From contig MU053557.1 of assembly GCA_013239625.1 (NCBI GenBank), forward strand, positions 1,557,063 to 1,621,062: DNA of 64,000 nt, in the 5' to 3' direction. A model generated the notes under the pieces. That model was not told the DNA's origin, did no database searches, and saw only the letters and a list, made by a program, of their open reading frames with translations. Shown here piece by piece: positions 1 to 13,250 of the stretch. The stretch's first letter is position 1. Each line of letters starts with the position of its first letter. The position numbers and the translations under genes were made by a program. The stretch is from Lama guanicoe (Eukaryota).

Positions 1-99
1 AAAGAACAGTATCATGATCCATCCAGGTAGCAAGCAAAGTATTCAGGGGTCATCTATGATAGCCCCCTTTTCTATACAATTCATATCCAAGCTGGCACC

Positions 100-840
100 C
101 AACCTCTCCATTTAGCTCGTGAATATAATTCTCAAATCTGTCCATTTCTTTCACCACCAACAGCATTACAACCACCACCAACAGAACCACCTTAGACCGA
201 ACTACCATTATCTCCCACCTGAATTAATATGATAAATTCTTAATTATCTAAATGCATCTAGACTGGCTCCCTGATAATCCATTCTCCATGATGCAGCCAG
301 ACTGATCTTTTCAAAACACTAAAATATTTATGACTCTTGTTTAAACCCTTCAGTGGCTTCTCCCAGTTCTTAAGATAAAGAGCAAAGACTCTCAGGTAGA
401 CAACAGAGCCCTGGCTCCTGCCTGCCTCTCCAGACTTTCCCTTATTCTCAATGCTCCAACCACAGTGATATTTGAGATCCTCAAACTCACCACGCTGCTT
501 TCTGTCTTGGGTCCCTTGTGCAGACTTTTCCTTTTTTCTGGGAATGTTTTTCCCTCATCTCACTCAGTTAACACCGACTCATTCTTTATTACTTCAAGTG
601 TCACTTCCCAGGACTTATCTCCCAACCTGTAGCATCTCAAAAGCCAGATGGGCTTATTATATGTACCCTTAGAACTGTGTCCCTTTATTTCATAGCACTT
701 AGCTTATAAAAGTGTGCTCATTTTTACAATATAAATACACACACACACACATCCAGTCTCATCAGGCTACAATCTATATGAGAGAGGCTATGTTTGCTTT
801 TGCTGATACTCAATATATATTCATTCCATGAGTAAATGAA
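100..840 (+). mobile_element. L2 LINE 3' fragment, ancient and degraded
   Basis: L2-like text (atccattctccatgatgcagccagactgatcttttcaaaacac; ttaaacccttcagtggcttc) ending in a gagtaaatgaa tail; boundaries approximate. Confidence 0.7.
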
Positions 841-1189
841 GCACAGGGACTTTTTCACGGAGCCATAGTAGGTAAACATTCAAAAAAATTTTTTTAACCA
901 ACAGGTTTTGCACAGTCCTGATGATAAGATGCATTTTCCTCAAGCAATGAAGAAGAAATTAACCCAGATGTTTTCTCCCTGAATCACGGTCATGACCTAG
1001 TTGACTGGTTTCCAGGGAAGGGTCACAAGTTAGACAACTGATAATAGTGTTCTGACTCTCATCTTGATGTGGGGCCAAGGTAGACCCAAACTGCTCCTTT
1101 CTGGGAGTGATAAGGGGCAGTTCACTCTCCCTCTAACTCCCAGGTGCTTTCTTAAGTTCTCCTGGGGCTTCTCCACCAATTCTAGATGT

Positions 1190-1667
1190 TGACTTTTTTG
1201 GCTGAAAGTGACAGAAGACCTCACTAATTATGACTTAAACAAATCTTTCATCCTCACGTAATAAAAAGCCAAAGAAGGCAAATTCTGACCTTAGTTTGCC
1301 ATCAAATACCCGGGCTCTTTGCCTTTACTCTGGTGTCCTTAATATGCTGACTTTCCTCTTCATGCTTACCATCTAAAGGTTAAAGAAACTGCCACATGTG
1401 TGGGCATCACCTTAAAGTTCCAGGCAGACATAGGGTCTGAAGAAATAGGAGCAGCTGCCTAGATACTTTTAAATCAGGAAAATAAATGTTTTCCAAGAAG
1501 CCACCAGCAAGCAGATTTCTCTCATACCTCACTGGCCATAATTCGGAAACACAGACATCCATTGGTATAAAGAAAGCAGAGAAATTGGTTCTCTATAATT
1601 GGGCAGTCCAGGGAGAAGGAAGCTAGGAAAGACCTTTGCTCAGACAATCTGCAGTATATCTACCATA
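1190..1667 (-). mobile_element. MaLR LTR, MLT1J/K/L-like
   Basis: Motifs gaagccaccagcaagcagatttctctcatacctcactggccata and gggcatcaccttaaagttccaggcag resemble reverse-oriented MLT1; subfamily uncertain. Confidence 0.55.
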
Positions 1668-2073
1668 TTAATATGTTTTTCTCCTTTTATAAAATAACCA
1701 TTAATGTGGAGGGGATATAGCATGGTTAGACTTTAGGAATAAAAAACTTGAAATGTTGGCTCAGAGCAGTCTAATCTAAACAGTTTGACTTTTTGTTTTT
1801 TTAACCTGATTTGACCACTATGGCAGACAAATAGATTTTAAATATAACCTTCTTAGCAAAAAAGACACTAGCATATTTAATATAAATTTACACTTCCGCT
1901 CCTGATCATGCAAATGCCTGTGTTTTCTCAGTATAATCTTTTCAATAAAATCACCTGGTAACTGAGATATGTCTTTGGATCAATGTGTTCTGAAATTTAG
2001 AACCAAAAGAAGTATATTCCCTTTGACACAAAGTGTATTATCTGTGCTAAATCAATCAAATTCAGTGAATATT

Positions 2074-2113
2074 TGAGTTATAGTTCATTTACAATATTAT
2101 ATTAGTTTCAGGT
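2074..2113 (-). mobile_element. 40-bp LINE-1 extreme 3' end insertion
   Basis: Reverse complement acctgaaactaatataatattgtaaatgaactataactca matches the laurasiatherian L1 3' terminus; flanked by direct repeat gtgaatatt (2065-2073 and 2121-2129). Confidence 0.65.
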
Positions 2114-2435
2114 AACTCCTGTGAATATTAACTGAGTATCTCTGTGACACTCTCCTATATACTTGAATCCATGATCAGATGTCTGAACCAAGCTCCAAAG
2201 TCTGAATTTAAGAATCAAATTCTAAATATACCTCCCAGCCTAGGAACAAAGAGGAGGAAGCCACTCTCAGTTGTATGTTTTAATTTGATTCTTTCTCTCA
2301 AATTCTGTGCCTAGAAGGGTAATTGCTTCTCGAAACTATGCAGAGATGCTCAAAAAGCAAATCTCAGAGGAAAAAAAAATTTCCCCCCTCCCCACACACT
2401 CCTTCAATTAGAGAAAATAAGAACTCTCTGTAGCT

Positions 2436-3767
2436 AGATTTAATGCAATCCCTATCCAATTACCCAGGACATATTTCACAGAACTAGAACAAATCATAAT
2501 AAAATTTATATGGAACCATCAAAGACCTAGAATTGCTAAAGCATTACTGAAGAGAAAGAAAGAGGCTGGAGGAATAACTCTCCCAGACTTCAGACAATAC
2601 TATAGAGCTACAGTCATCAAGACAGCATGGTATTGGTACCAAAACAGACATATAGACCAATGGAACAGAATAGAGAGCCCAGAAATGAACCCACAAACTT
2701 TTGGTCAACTCATCTTCGACAAAGGAGGCAAGAATATACAATGGAATAAAGACAGTCTCTTCAGCAAATGGTGTTGGGAAAACTGGACAGCAGCATGTAA
2801 AACAATGAAGCTAGAACACACCCTTACACCATATACAAAAATCAACTCAAAATGGATTAAAGACTTAAACATAAGACAAGATACAATAAACCTCCTAGAG
2901 GAAAACATAGGCAAAACATTATCTGACATACATTTCAAAAATTTTCTCCTAGAAGAAATAAAAGCAAGAATAAACAAATGGGACCTAATGAAACTTACAA
3001 GCTTCTGCAGAGCAAAGGAAACCAGAAATAAAACAAGAAGAAAACCTACGGAATGGGAGAAAATTTTTGCAAGTGAAACCGACAAAGGCTTGATCTCCAA
3101 AATATATAAGCAGCTCATACGACTCAATAAGAAAAAAATAAACAACCCAATCCAAAAATGGGCAGAAGACCTAAACAAGCAATTCTCCAAGGAAGACATT
3201 CAAATGATCAAAAAGCACATGAAAAAATGCTCAATATCACTAATTATCAGAGAAATGCAAATCAAAAGTACAATGAGGTATCACCTCACACCAGTCAGAA
3301 TGGCCGTCATTCAAAAATCCACAAATGACAAATGCTGGAGAGGCTGTGGAGAAAGGGGAACCCTCCTACACTGCTGGTGGGAATGCAGTTTGGTGCAGCC
3401 ACTATGGAAAACAGTGTGGAGATTCCTCAAAAGACTAGGAATAGACTTACCATATGACCCAGGAATCCCACTCCTGGGCTTGTATCCAGAAGGAAATCTA
3501 CTTCAGGATGACACCTGCACCCCAGTGTTCATAGCAGCACTATTTACAACAGCCAAAACATGGAAACAGCCTAAATGTCCATCAACAGGTGACTGGATAA
3601 AGAAGAGGTGGTATATTTATACCATGGAATACTACTCAGCCATAAAAACTGACAACATAACGCCATTTGCAGCAACATGGATGTTCCTAGAGAATGTCAT
3701 TCTAAGTGAAGTAAGCCAGAAAGAGAAAGAAAAATACCATATGAGATCACTCGTATGTGGAATCTAA
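2436..3767 (+). CDS. LINE-1 ORF2p C-terminal fragment, 443 aa, 5'-truncated and non-autonomous
   Basis: Frame is open from the truncation point ([10 protein letters not shown]...[24 protein letters not shown]...[14 protein letters not shown]) into track ORF 2685-3767; C-terminal cysteine-rich motif [20 protein letters not shown] and RT core absent. Confidence 0.93.
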   Translation, partial: RFNAIPIQLPRTYFTELEQIIIKFIWNHQRPRIAKALLKRKKEAGGITLPDFRQYYRATVIKTAWYWYQNRHIDQWNRIESPEMNPQTFGQLIFDKGGKNIQWNKDSLFSKWCWENWTAACKTMKLEHTLTPYTKINSKWIKDLNIRQDTINLLEENIGKTLSDIHFKNFLLEEIKARINKWDLMKLTSFCRAKETRNKTRRKPTEWEKIFASETDKGLISKIYKQLIRLNKKKINNPIQKWAEDLNKQFSKEDIQMIKKHMKKCSISLIIREMQIKSTMRYHLTPVRMAVIQKSTNDKCWRGCGERGTLLHCWWECSLVQPLWKTVWRFLKRLGIDLPYDPGIPLLGLYPEGNLLQDDTCTPVFIAALFTTAKTWKQPKCPSTGDWIKKRWYIYTMEYYSAIKTDNITPFAATWMFLENVILSEVSQKEKEKYHMRSLVCGI

Positions 3768-4038
3768 AGACTCATGGACAGAGAATACAGACTTGTGGTT
3801 ACCAGGGGGGTAGAGGGTGGGAAGGGAGAGACTGGGATTTCAAAATTGTAGAATAGATAAACAAGATTACACTGTATAGCACAGGGAAATATACACAAAA
3901 TGTTATGATAAATCACAGAGAAAAAAGTGTGACAATGAGTGTGTATATGTCCATGAATGACTGAAAAATTGTGCTGAACACTGGAATTTGACACAACATG
4001 GTAAAAGGATTATAAATCAATAAAAAATGTTAAAAAAA
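2436..4038 (+). mobile_element. Young 5'-truncated LINE-1 (ORF2 3' part, 3'UTR, short poly(A))
   Basis: Perfect 14-bp TSD aactctctgtagct at 2422-2435 and 4039-4052; AATAAA at 4019-4024; A tail; G-rich 3'UTR tract at 3805-3826; uninterrupted ORF2 frame. Confidence 0.97.
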
Positions 4039-4254
4039 AACTCTCTGTAGCTGACATTATGCATTATAAAATAGCATGCATTAAAGACTAAAGTCCACGG
4101 TACCTATAACTATTTCTGAGACACATTCTTTACAATAAGTAAATGCATGAAAAAAATAATAATCCAAACTGTGAAATTATAGTGCCATCAGTGTACTTCA
4201 GTAATGAGGAATACTGTATGTCAGATCATCTAAATGTAAGTGCTACTGCTTAAC

Positions 4255-4970
4255 AATCACTCAATAAATATTTATTGAGAATGCATGTCAACATATGTTT
4301 GGTAAACAATTATTAAGATCCTGCTACATGCCAAGGAGAGATCTCAAGAGAAATAAGACAATAAGATAATCTCAGTCTAGCAGAGGAGACACCATGCCAT
4401 AAAATAAATAGAACCCTAGTGAATAAGAGTACAAGCTTTAGACTGTACTTGTGACCTTGAACAAAAATTTACTTAAGGAAAGTAAGGCTCAGAAAGTTTA
4501 TCTGCAAAATAAACATAATTACAGAACCTGCTTCATAAGTTTATGTGTGCAGCAAATAAGATATGACCTGAAGAATGCTATGCATATAGTAGCTTCTCGA
4601 TCATGATAGTCTTTAATTTTAATTTCATTATTATTTATATGGCACCAGAAAATTTATCTGAAGAAGAGATGATCAGTCTGAAAAACATTAAAAGGATTCC
4701 TCCAAAAAGGAGTATTTGATCTGAGTCTTGAAGGACGCAAAGGAATTCACTAAGCAGACAAGACACAGAGAAGGCACTTCCGGGGCAGAAGGTACAGTCA
4801 TCTACAAAGGCTCTAAAGCTTGGAATCCCACAAAGTGTAGGGGAAACGGGGAGGGAGCGGGTAGAAGGCAGTGTCAGTGTATTGGCAAGTAGGGAGATAG
4901 TTAGCATCTGGTGAGACTAGGAAGGCAGCGTGAGGGTTGACTGGGGCTCTTCAAAGCCCAGCCATGGAGA
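4255..4970 (-). mobile_element. L2 fragments with an embedded MIR-like piece
   Basis: cactcaataaatatttattgag (reverse L2 tail); tttgatctgagtcttgaagga; aaggcacttccggggcag. Confidence 0.55.
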
Positions 4971-5389
4971 TTGAAAAATAAAAGTGTGTTCAGTTATTTG
5001 TGTCTCATTCTTTTGCAGGGTGTCTCTCATCACTCACCCTCATCTTTTATCCATGATCTCTCTTACACACATGTGCTTGTCCACATGTGCACACACACAG
5101 TCTCTATCAAACTGCCATGCCCGTAAGGAACCAGATTTGAGGGGGCCACCGAGGTGATTATGGAGCTTGGGAATTCCTATATATAGGATTCCCGAGCTCC
5201 AAGAAGGGAGGCAAAGATTTAAATATACAGCAGCAACCCAGACAGCAAGAAGCTCACATTCTCCCATGTTCTAGGCTGATAATTTCCAGGAAGAGAGCAT
5301 CCTGGCCTGTGAGATTTGAACCCAGAGCATGCCCAGTGGATCCACTTACTGGACATGAAGAGGACATGACTGATACAGTGATAATGACA

Positions 5390-5610
5390 AATAATATACT
5401 ACTGAGCATTTGATACAGGCCAGTCAATAGGCAAGTACCTGGTATGCCTTATATAATTCAATTCTCACAACACAGCTAGTAGGTATAATTAACCCCAATT
5501 TATGAAACAGAAAATTAAGCTCAAAGGTGAAATGACTCTCCCATGCTTACACAACCACTGAGTTGCAGAGCTAAGATTCCACCTCAGGTCTGTCTGACTC
5601 CACAGCCCAA
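5390..5610 (-). mobile_element. MIR SINE
   Basis: aattctcacaac...cagaaaattaagctcaaaggtgaaatgac...gcagagctaagattccacctcaggtctgtctgactcc is the reverse MIR core. Confidence 0.75.
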
Positions 5611-5839
5611 CGTCTCATTCACTCTGGGATGGGTAAAAGAGCCTCATTCACGGTCGTAAATGATTTTCTGAGGTCCTTCTCCAGCCTTCTCGATTCTCAC
5701 CAGCTTGACGGAGTTGTCCTTACCACATCCAATGGCTACTATAACCTTAAACCTGGGTTCTTCCTTCTCCTGCCCAAGAGTTAGGAAGAATTTCAAGTCC
5801 CTGGGAAAGCAGCCAAGTAATACAGCATCAGCACTGTAA

Positions 5840-6070
5840 ACTATCTCAGTTGGATGGCACTTTTATGATTTGGAGCACTTTCCCAACGCTCTCACTTGCC
5901 CTTCCCCACAAGTTTGTGAGGGCAGCATTATCATCCCACCTTTAGAGACGAGGTAGCAGGTTCTGAGATGTTCAGCGACTTTCCTGAGACAGCACAACTA
6001 GGGTATCAGAGAAACAGGCTACTGACATGAGTTCATATTCCTAGTCTGCTGTGTTTTCCTCACTATGGGA
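5840..6070 (-). mobile_element. MIR SINE
   Basis: attatcatcccacctttagagacgaggtagcaggttctgag...cacaactag. Confidence 0.6.
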
Positions 6071-7419
6071 CACAATTTGGAGAGGCTGCCACATCCTGTG
6101 TTTATATCTTATTTTGATGGTGTCCAAATTTTCTTTACTCTTTATTCTTGATGGACAATACTCAGGGTTCATGAATGGTGGAAAAAGAAAATTCTTGGTT
6201 GAAAACAATCTCCCCTACCTTCGTAGATTTGTGTTTTCCCTAATTTGCTCTTCTCATTAATGAACCTTTCTACTACTGCCCATCTGTATAATTTATTACA
6301 ACAGAGAAGTGCTACAAATTTCCAGCCTCAAGAGCAATACACTCTTACTTTCTGTCTCAACTCCTGTGCAGAATTACTTCAATAAGGCTCTTAAAACAAC
6401 CACCACCATAAGCAACCCATTCCATATGTGAGCTCATATAACAGTAACAGTGGACTTCCTAAGTAAACTTGACTCTCAGGATGCCTGGGAGAGAGATGAA
6501 AGGGTGGATCCATATGATCCTTAATGAAATCATGGATCATTCTTAAATTTTTTCATTGTCACTTTAGGGAGAAGGGGGAGATTAGAGAGGACTACTCAAC
6601 TAGACAAATTAAATTATCACACAGTGTATACACTGTTCATTTGAGATGCTCAAATGATTGAACGAGCTCTCCTTTTATGGGATGCTAACAATGAAGGGGA
6701 TCTCAACTGGTGCTATTAAAGACCAAACAAAATTGATGATGGAATGAAAACTGGTTCAGTGGCTAGAACCACTAACTAGGATGTAATGAGCCTTTTTATT
6801 AAAGGCAGTGTTTAATATTCATGATTTATAATAATTGGTGATTTATTTTAAGATGGGCTACTTAGTTGGGGTTTCACATTGCATATTATGGCACTGAAAC
6901 TTAATGATATTTTTTCTCTAACAAGAAAAAAGAATCTGTAAGTTGTTTTAAAAAAAATTCCCTGAATAATCAAGTAAAGCTTTCTAAAAATGGTGAAAAA
7001 AGTGCCATGGGATTAACTACAATATTGATAGGACTGATTTTGAGACAATCTTCTGACAAATACAGTAAGCTCAAGTGTAATTAGACTCGTGGAAATATTA
7101 AAGGTTAAAAAATGCATTTACAAGTATTTTCGACAATATTCTCTCTTTTCATACATGTGTGCACATGTGTGTAGAGATTAAAGGAAAGAGCAATCTTTTC
7201 TTTCCTATCACAATAAGGTGGTCCTGCTGATGACACTGTCCCTTGATAACTAAAGATTTTTAATGTATCAGATGAGTTTAGAACACAAAAGGACCTTGGG
7301 ATTTAAACAATTTACTGTGGGAAGTCAGACAGCAGCAGATCATCCAAACACTCACACCCACACTTGAAGGACCCACAAGATGGTTGGCAAGACATCAAGA
7401 AAAAGAAATCCTACAGAAA

Positions 7420-7645
7420 GAACACAAGCCTTGAAGTCTGGTGGTCCCTGGTTTAAATCCAAGTTCTGCCACTTATTAATGAAATTACTGAAAATAAATT
7501 ATCTAACCTCTTAGAATGTCCTCTTTGAAATCTGGAAAGTGACACCTGTCTTACACAACTGTTTTGAAAGTTAACAGGAGGTGGTATGTACTTTGTCTAG
7601 CACAATACTACACAGTGGGCATGTAAATGAAGCTATGATTATTAG
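7420..7645 (+). mobile_element. MIR SINE
   Basis: cctggtttaaatccaagttctgccacttatt...aattatctaacctct. Confidence 0.65.
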
Positions 7646-10600
7646 CACTATAAATACTACTAGCAACACTAAAAATACATCATGTACATGCCTGTATGCC
7701 AGATACACTAATTGAACCTTCAATTATGAACAGCAACATTTTTTGTGTGTGTGCAGAAATAACATGTCTCTGCATGTTCTGCTTGAATATGAGATGACTT
7801 TTCCTAACTTGGCTGTGAGTCAAGAAAGTAGATACAATTTAAATGCAAAGGTGACCAACGGTACACAATTTATAAATTTAACATAAAATCAGTCATTGAA
7901 AGTGTTTAGGACCTCAGGTACTGTGCCTATTTCACTGCCTTTTCTCAGCACATGGTGTAATTTAACATTAACTGAGAATGTATACTTCATGAGTTTAGGA
8001 ACTTTGCCTTTTTTTTTGGTCACCATTGTGTCATCTGTCATTTGCACAATGCTTGGCACACATGGGAATATATTTAACAATTACTGGATGAAAGAATGCA
8101 TGATCGAATGGCCTTTCCAAATGATATTGCTCCTGTCAGCCAATGAGTGTAACGTATCTGAAGACGCAGATTTCTGATGTTCCATGTATCCTTGCAACGT
8201 CACAACATGAACCATAAATGTGTCTGTTCAAAAATGGAGAAGAATAGGTTTGGAGATTTAAGGATGGAACAATCTCCTTTGGTTTAATGAACTACATCTT
8301 CTGCAAAGACCTTGAATCAAGGAGGATAGTGATTTATATTAAGTGTGAAAAGTAACAATCCCTCGGAAATGCAGAGCCAAGGAAGCATAATGAAGCGGGG
8401 ATTAAGAAATCAGAGAACATTTGGCAGGTTCTTAGAATGTAGCCAATATTCATAATGAAGCCTTATGTATTTGTAAGATGCCAGAATGCTAGGGATGAAA
8501 GGTAACTAAGACACAAAATAGGAGAAGTTCACAAAGAAAACAGATGCACAGAGACAAGGCCAGGCAAATGAAAACTTGACCACATGCTTGGGTGTTGGCC
8601 CCTCACTCTTGTGCACTACACTAGATTGCGAGAAGATGAGAGATGATTTCTTTGACAACTTGAGAGATCTAAGGTTTCCTTTTCCTTGAGCTTCAGTGTG
8701 CTCCGGGTGTCCCTTCTAGGAAGACGGGGCAGAGAAAGGTACTTCTTGCAGAGATAGCAAAAGCTCAACTGTCTCGTCTCTCATTAATGGTGCAGGAAAA
8801 CAAAAATAAACAAACAAAACCAAGAGTCAGAGAAAGATAGAATTGAGTCTTTCCCCAGAAGGAAACTGCTAGCCGGCCTTAATTCTAGCCTCATGGATAA
8901 CAGTATGACCAAAAGAAAAAGACGATGAAAGTTGAAGACGTAAGATGTCACCTCATTTGTGTAATGAAACTAAAACACGGCTGGTACCCAAAAGATGGAA
9001 TCACATGAGCGGGAAGAGTCTCTTCAAGGTTTTTGACATTGACTCTTGGATGGAGAAGCAGAGAGAGGTCTTGACTTCGCTTCTCAAGTATGCATGCAAA
9101 ATATCTGCAAAACTGTGACTGACAAACTCAAAGTTCTGGAATTAAGTTTAACCAGCCCTCTGCTTCCTCGTGGTAAGCTTTTAAATTACCTTTTGAATGG
9201 ATTTCCCACAAGAGAAGATTAAGGGATGATAGTCCTGAGCCTTGCCAAAAGGTCATCCATGCAGTCCAAACATGATTCATAATGAGGACTGTGGGCACCT
9301 GCCTATCAAGGAGGGAAGCAACCCAGCAGCAACTCCCCCAATTCCCTGCACAGCTGTCAGCTTCCCTTCCAGATGGTGATGACGGATGCATGCACTGACC
9401 TGGACCCATCTTTAACTGGCACTCCAATTCTGCTCTTTTACCGAGGACTCATTAATGCCAATTATAATCTTTGATTAAGCCTGTGCTTGACAAATGGGCC
9501 TATTGCAAGTCTTCACTCCAGACATGAATTTATAACTAGAGGTTAGCATAATCAATACCCCGGACAGTGTACTGTCAGAAACAGGATTTGCCAGAAAACC
9601 TAGTGCCGTGCAGCCCATGGCATTCCATCCATCACAGCTGCCCACGACGAATGAACAACAAGCCATCCTCCATTAATCTCCCCTGTCCTCGGATGTTCCA
9701 CATTCAATCAAGAGCAGGGCTGCAGGAAATGAGATCGCCTATTAAAGAAGACACTGCTTAGAAATGTGTCAACAAAATGACCACTAGGAATTTTAACAAG
9801 GAAACAGGAAGTTTTCTTTGCTCTCCCATGGTGAGCACACATCAATTATGACCCTGTGGAAGAAATTAGACACAGAAGCGATTTTTCCAATCTCACAAAA
9901 GCAAGTACGGTTTCAGAACTACCCATTTACTCCTCTAAATACTGAAAAGCCATTCCTTGGACCAAGCTCAAACGCTAGAAGGCTATGGACTTGTATGTAC
10001 CATGTTAGCTTCATAGAGTAATCCTCACTAAATCGTTCCTTAAAGACTGTTGTCAGAGGTTGCTACAAGAAGTAGAATTTTTGAAATCCACTTTGCAATG
10101 AGATCCCAGCTGCAGTGGAGCTAAGGCTCAGGTATGCTGGAATGTCAATATTATATATAACACTTTGCGAGAAGGTCATGTCCCCTGATCCTCTTGGTCC
10201 AAAAGAGCCTTGGGGATAAACCTGAAGCACATTCACAGTGAGGTTCACTCTCATACAGACATATCAGATACACTGAGGCAGAGCCAGAGAAAACAGAACT
10301 CCAGTGAGAATGGCTACATGTGAGAAAGAAGTTAGGTGTGCCAAGGGAGATAAAGCCTGGGGCTTCTGGAGGTGCTGGAAGGACCAGGAAGCCTAAAAGA
10401 ACTAGGGGCCCAGCCACACTCCAGTGGGATCCCCTCTCCCTCAAAAGCAAGCCACACATCAGGGACGTACAGCCTAAGACAGCAAGAAAGAGGACAGTGT
10501 GGCACCAATAGGGAAAGAGCCCCCAGAGGATACCTCGAATTCAACAGTACATCAGCCCGAGAAGGGGGCGGCCTGCAGAAACAGGCCAGAGGAGGCCAGT

Positions 10601-11010
10601 CCTGGCATCTCTGAGGGCAGACCACAGGCCAGGGGGAAAGAACAACAATCAGGATGAACAGTAGGGAGGCAGGAATGTGGCCAGCATGGAGTACCAGGTG
10701 AGATGTCTCAAAGAGATGCCAGGGGGATGGACTAAGGTCCAGCCAGATTGTGTAGGACCACACCCTTGAAGTGTCCTGAGCTGGAATTCAGAACACAGAG
10801 ACCCAGCATCCAATTGCATGCGATGTGTAAAGTAACAGCTACTGAGGTAACTGCCCATTTCATCATTCAGCGTCCATTCCATAAAATGTTGCCATGAGAA
10901 AGAGCATTTGAAATTTAATGCCAAGAAAATGAAAAAATGTCAACATCCCTGACCAATACTTACCCTTCCTGACTATAAGACTAAGAGACCCATCACATTT
11001 CCTCTTTTTA

Positions 11011-11150
11011 AAAAAAATGTTTTGTTTTGGTGGAGGAAGTAATTAGGTTTATTTATTTATCTACTTTTTTAATGGAGGTACTGGGGATTGAACCCAGGAT
11101 CTCATGCATGCTAGGCCTGCACTCTACCACTGAGCTATAGTCTCTCCTCC
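11011..11150 (-). mobile_element. Camelid tRNA-derived SINE (Vic-1-like)
   Basis: ggaggtactggggattgaacccaggatctcatgcatgctaggcctgcactctaccactgagctata is a reverse tRNA-like head with A and B boxes; (ttta)n linker; degenerate TSD acatttcctcttttta / acattccccttttaa. Confidence 0.85.
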
Positions 11151-12629
11151 TACATTCCCCTTTTAACTTGGCTTCAAGGAAGTCAATAACACAACTTTAC
11201 ACTCTATCGTCAAATAATCCTCATCCTAATTCTTTGAATTAGCCTATCTCCCCATCTCTTTCTAGATCACAATTTCTCTTTCTGATGCTATTATATTAAT
11301 TTTGTTCCATGCATCTTTTTGTTGTAAGCATTGGCATGAGTATATAAATACGGTACTCTTAATGGCACAGTGATCACTAGGCCTACATTCCACCAGGATA
11401 TGATAATATCTGTATCTCATCATTACGTCTTGTGGATGGAATCTACTGGGTATTCTTACCTCAGCCGCTTCATTTACCCACCAACAAGGTTGTTAAAAGG
11501 ACTCAATACCAAGGTAAAAATACTTTGTAAACTTTAAAACACTTTCCAAATGTTTGATGGTGCTCTTCTAGGAAAGACACTGGGAACATTTCTTCTGTTC
11601 CAAGACACTTCCCTTATGTTCATGCCGTGGTATTTGACACCACCATAGTACTCAAAGCTCTGTTAAACTTTAAAAGCTCATGTTAAAAAATGCAAATGTT
11701 TTCTGAGAAGGTAACATTATAAATTCTAATCAGCTCTTAACACCTTAGCTTAGAACAACATATTGTTTAATCTTGCTGAGACATAGAGATGGAGAGAATG
11801 AGCCCCGTGATGAGCAAGTTTCAGGGGAAGAAGGAAAGAAGGTGCACGAAGCCCAGGACTGAAACTCCTTTCAGGATTCTCAGCAGGCTGCTTACAGGGA
11901 GTCGTGCCTCATAGGAATTAAGAAATGGGAGAAAGGAGAAAGGTACAGAAAGGGCTCATCAGTTCTTTCGATGGACCATGGCTGGTCCATCCTAGTTTGT
12001 TGGATGCATCAGAGAGGGTGGAAGGTGGACTCAAGAAGACCAAAGAGCCTGGTCCGGTAATCAAGTTGGGACTGACTGTTTGTCTAAGGCTTTCTCCCGT
12101 AATTAGAGCCTGTGTGGTAAGTGTGCATCCTCAAATGTACCTTAGCTAAAGTTTAGAGTAGCATCTGGCAATAAAAACAGCTGGAGTGAGAGCGGCGTTG
12201 GGCAGCATGGGGAAACGACTATGTTCAGCTACATAGCGCCTGATTACGCATCCATTGTCCAGAGACCATCTTTAATGTTGGATCCTCGATGTGCAGTGTA
12301 GAGAATACATTTGCAACTGCTTAAAGGGAAAAGCAGGAACATCAAGGCATTTTGGTTTATTCTGTTATAAGTGCTTTCTGAATGAAAGCAGGTAATAGCA
12401 AGGCTGGAGAATGAGTGACAGTGTAAAAACAATGTGCAAGTAATACGACTTCCAAGATGCCTCTCTTAGTGGGTGCCTTCTGCTGACTGCCGAGTCCCAT
12501 AGAACGGCTGACAAGAGCCTGAGACAGAGCTCTGGTCCCTGTGGAGAATTGATCTATTTAATCTTCTGCTCAGGATGCCTTAAGGAACAGAGAAAGGTAG
12601 GTAAAAGGCCCCAAAGGAATTTTCCTTTG

Positions 12630-13250
12630 ATCAAATCTCCCCACAACAGCCAGAGGGCTGTTTTTTAAATGCAGTTTAGAGATCTCATCTTGGGATCCCC
12701 ATGCCCCACCCAACCCTTAAGAGCTTCAGTTTCTTCCCTTTTCCAACACCTTTAAGATGGTCCCCAAGGCACCTCGTGAACTGGCCCCACGATGGGTCCT
12801 TCTCGAACCACATCCCACCTTCTTCTCTGAGCTCTGGCTGATACTGACTGGCCTTCATTCTGTTCCTGGAACCTTCACTGAAGCTTCCCTCCTGCCAGGA
12901 AAGCAGTGTCCCCGCTTACCTTCCTCCCTGCTTTTTTGTCTGGAAAACTCCAAATCATGCCTGAGATTTCAGTTCAAAGTTTAGCCTCTCAAGGAAACTT
13001 CTATGATCCCAGATAATGCCAGGTGCCCTGTTCCATGGACCTGGGGCTCCTTGTAACACACTTATGCATAGTGTTCAACACAATCACAGTTAAATAAGCA
13101 CCTGGGCTGTGATGTATTTGTGATCAGCTTCCTTACTAGAACATTCATTCCACAGCATTCTGTGTCTGTCCCACTCATTACTGTTTTCAGGGCCCAACAG
13201 AGTGCTTTGCATACCTCAGGTGCCCAATAAGTGTATGTTTCATGAAAAAA
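12630..13250 (+). mobile_element. L2 3' fragment
   Basis: acagccagagggctgttttttaaatgca...tactagaacattc...cagagtgctttgcatacctcaggtgcccaataag. Confidence 0.65.

Noticed and set aside
2544..3199. Minus-strand ORFs (65 and 164 aa) over the L1
   Set aside because: Antisense shadows of L1 ORF2 caused by its strand-biased composition; not independent genes
10151..10924. Cluster of overlapping 63-143 aa ORFs
   Set aside because: Expected in a GC-richer block; no recognisable domain or supporting splice structure
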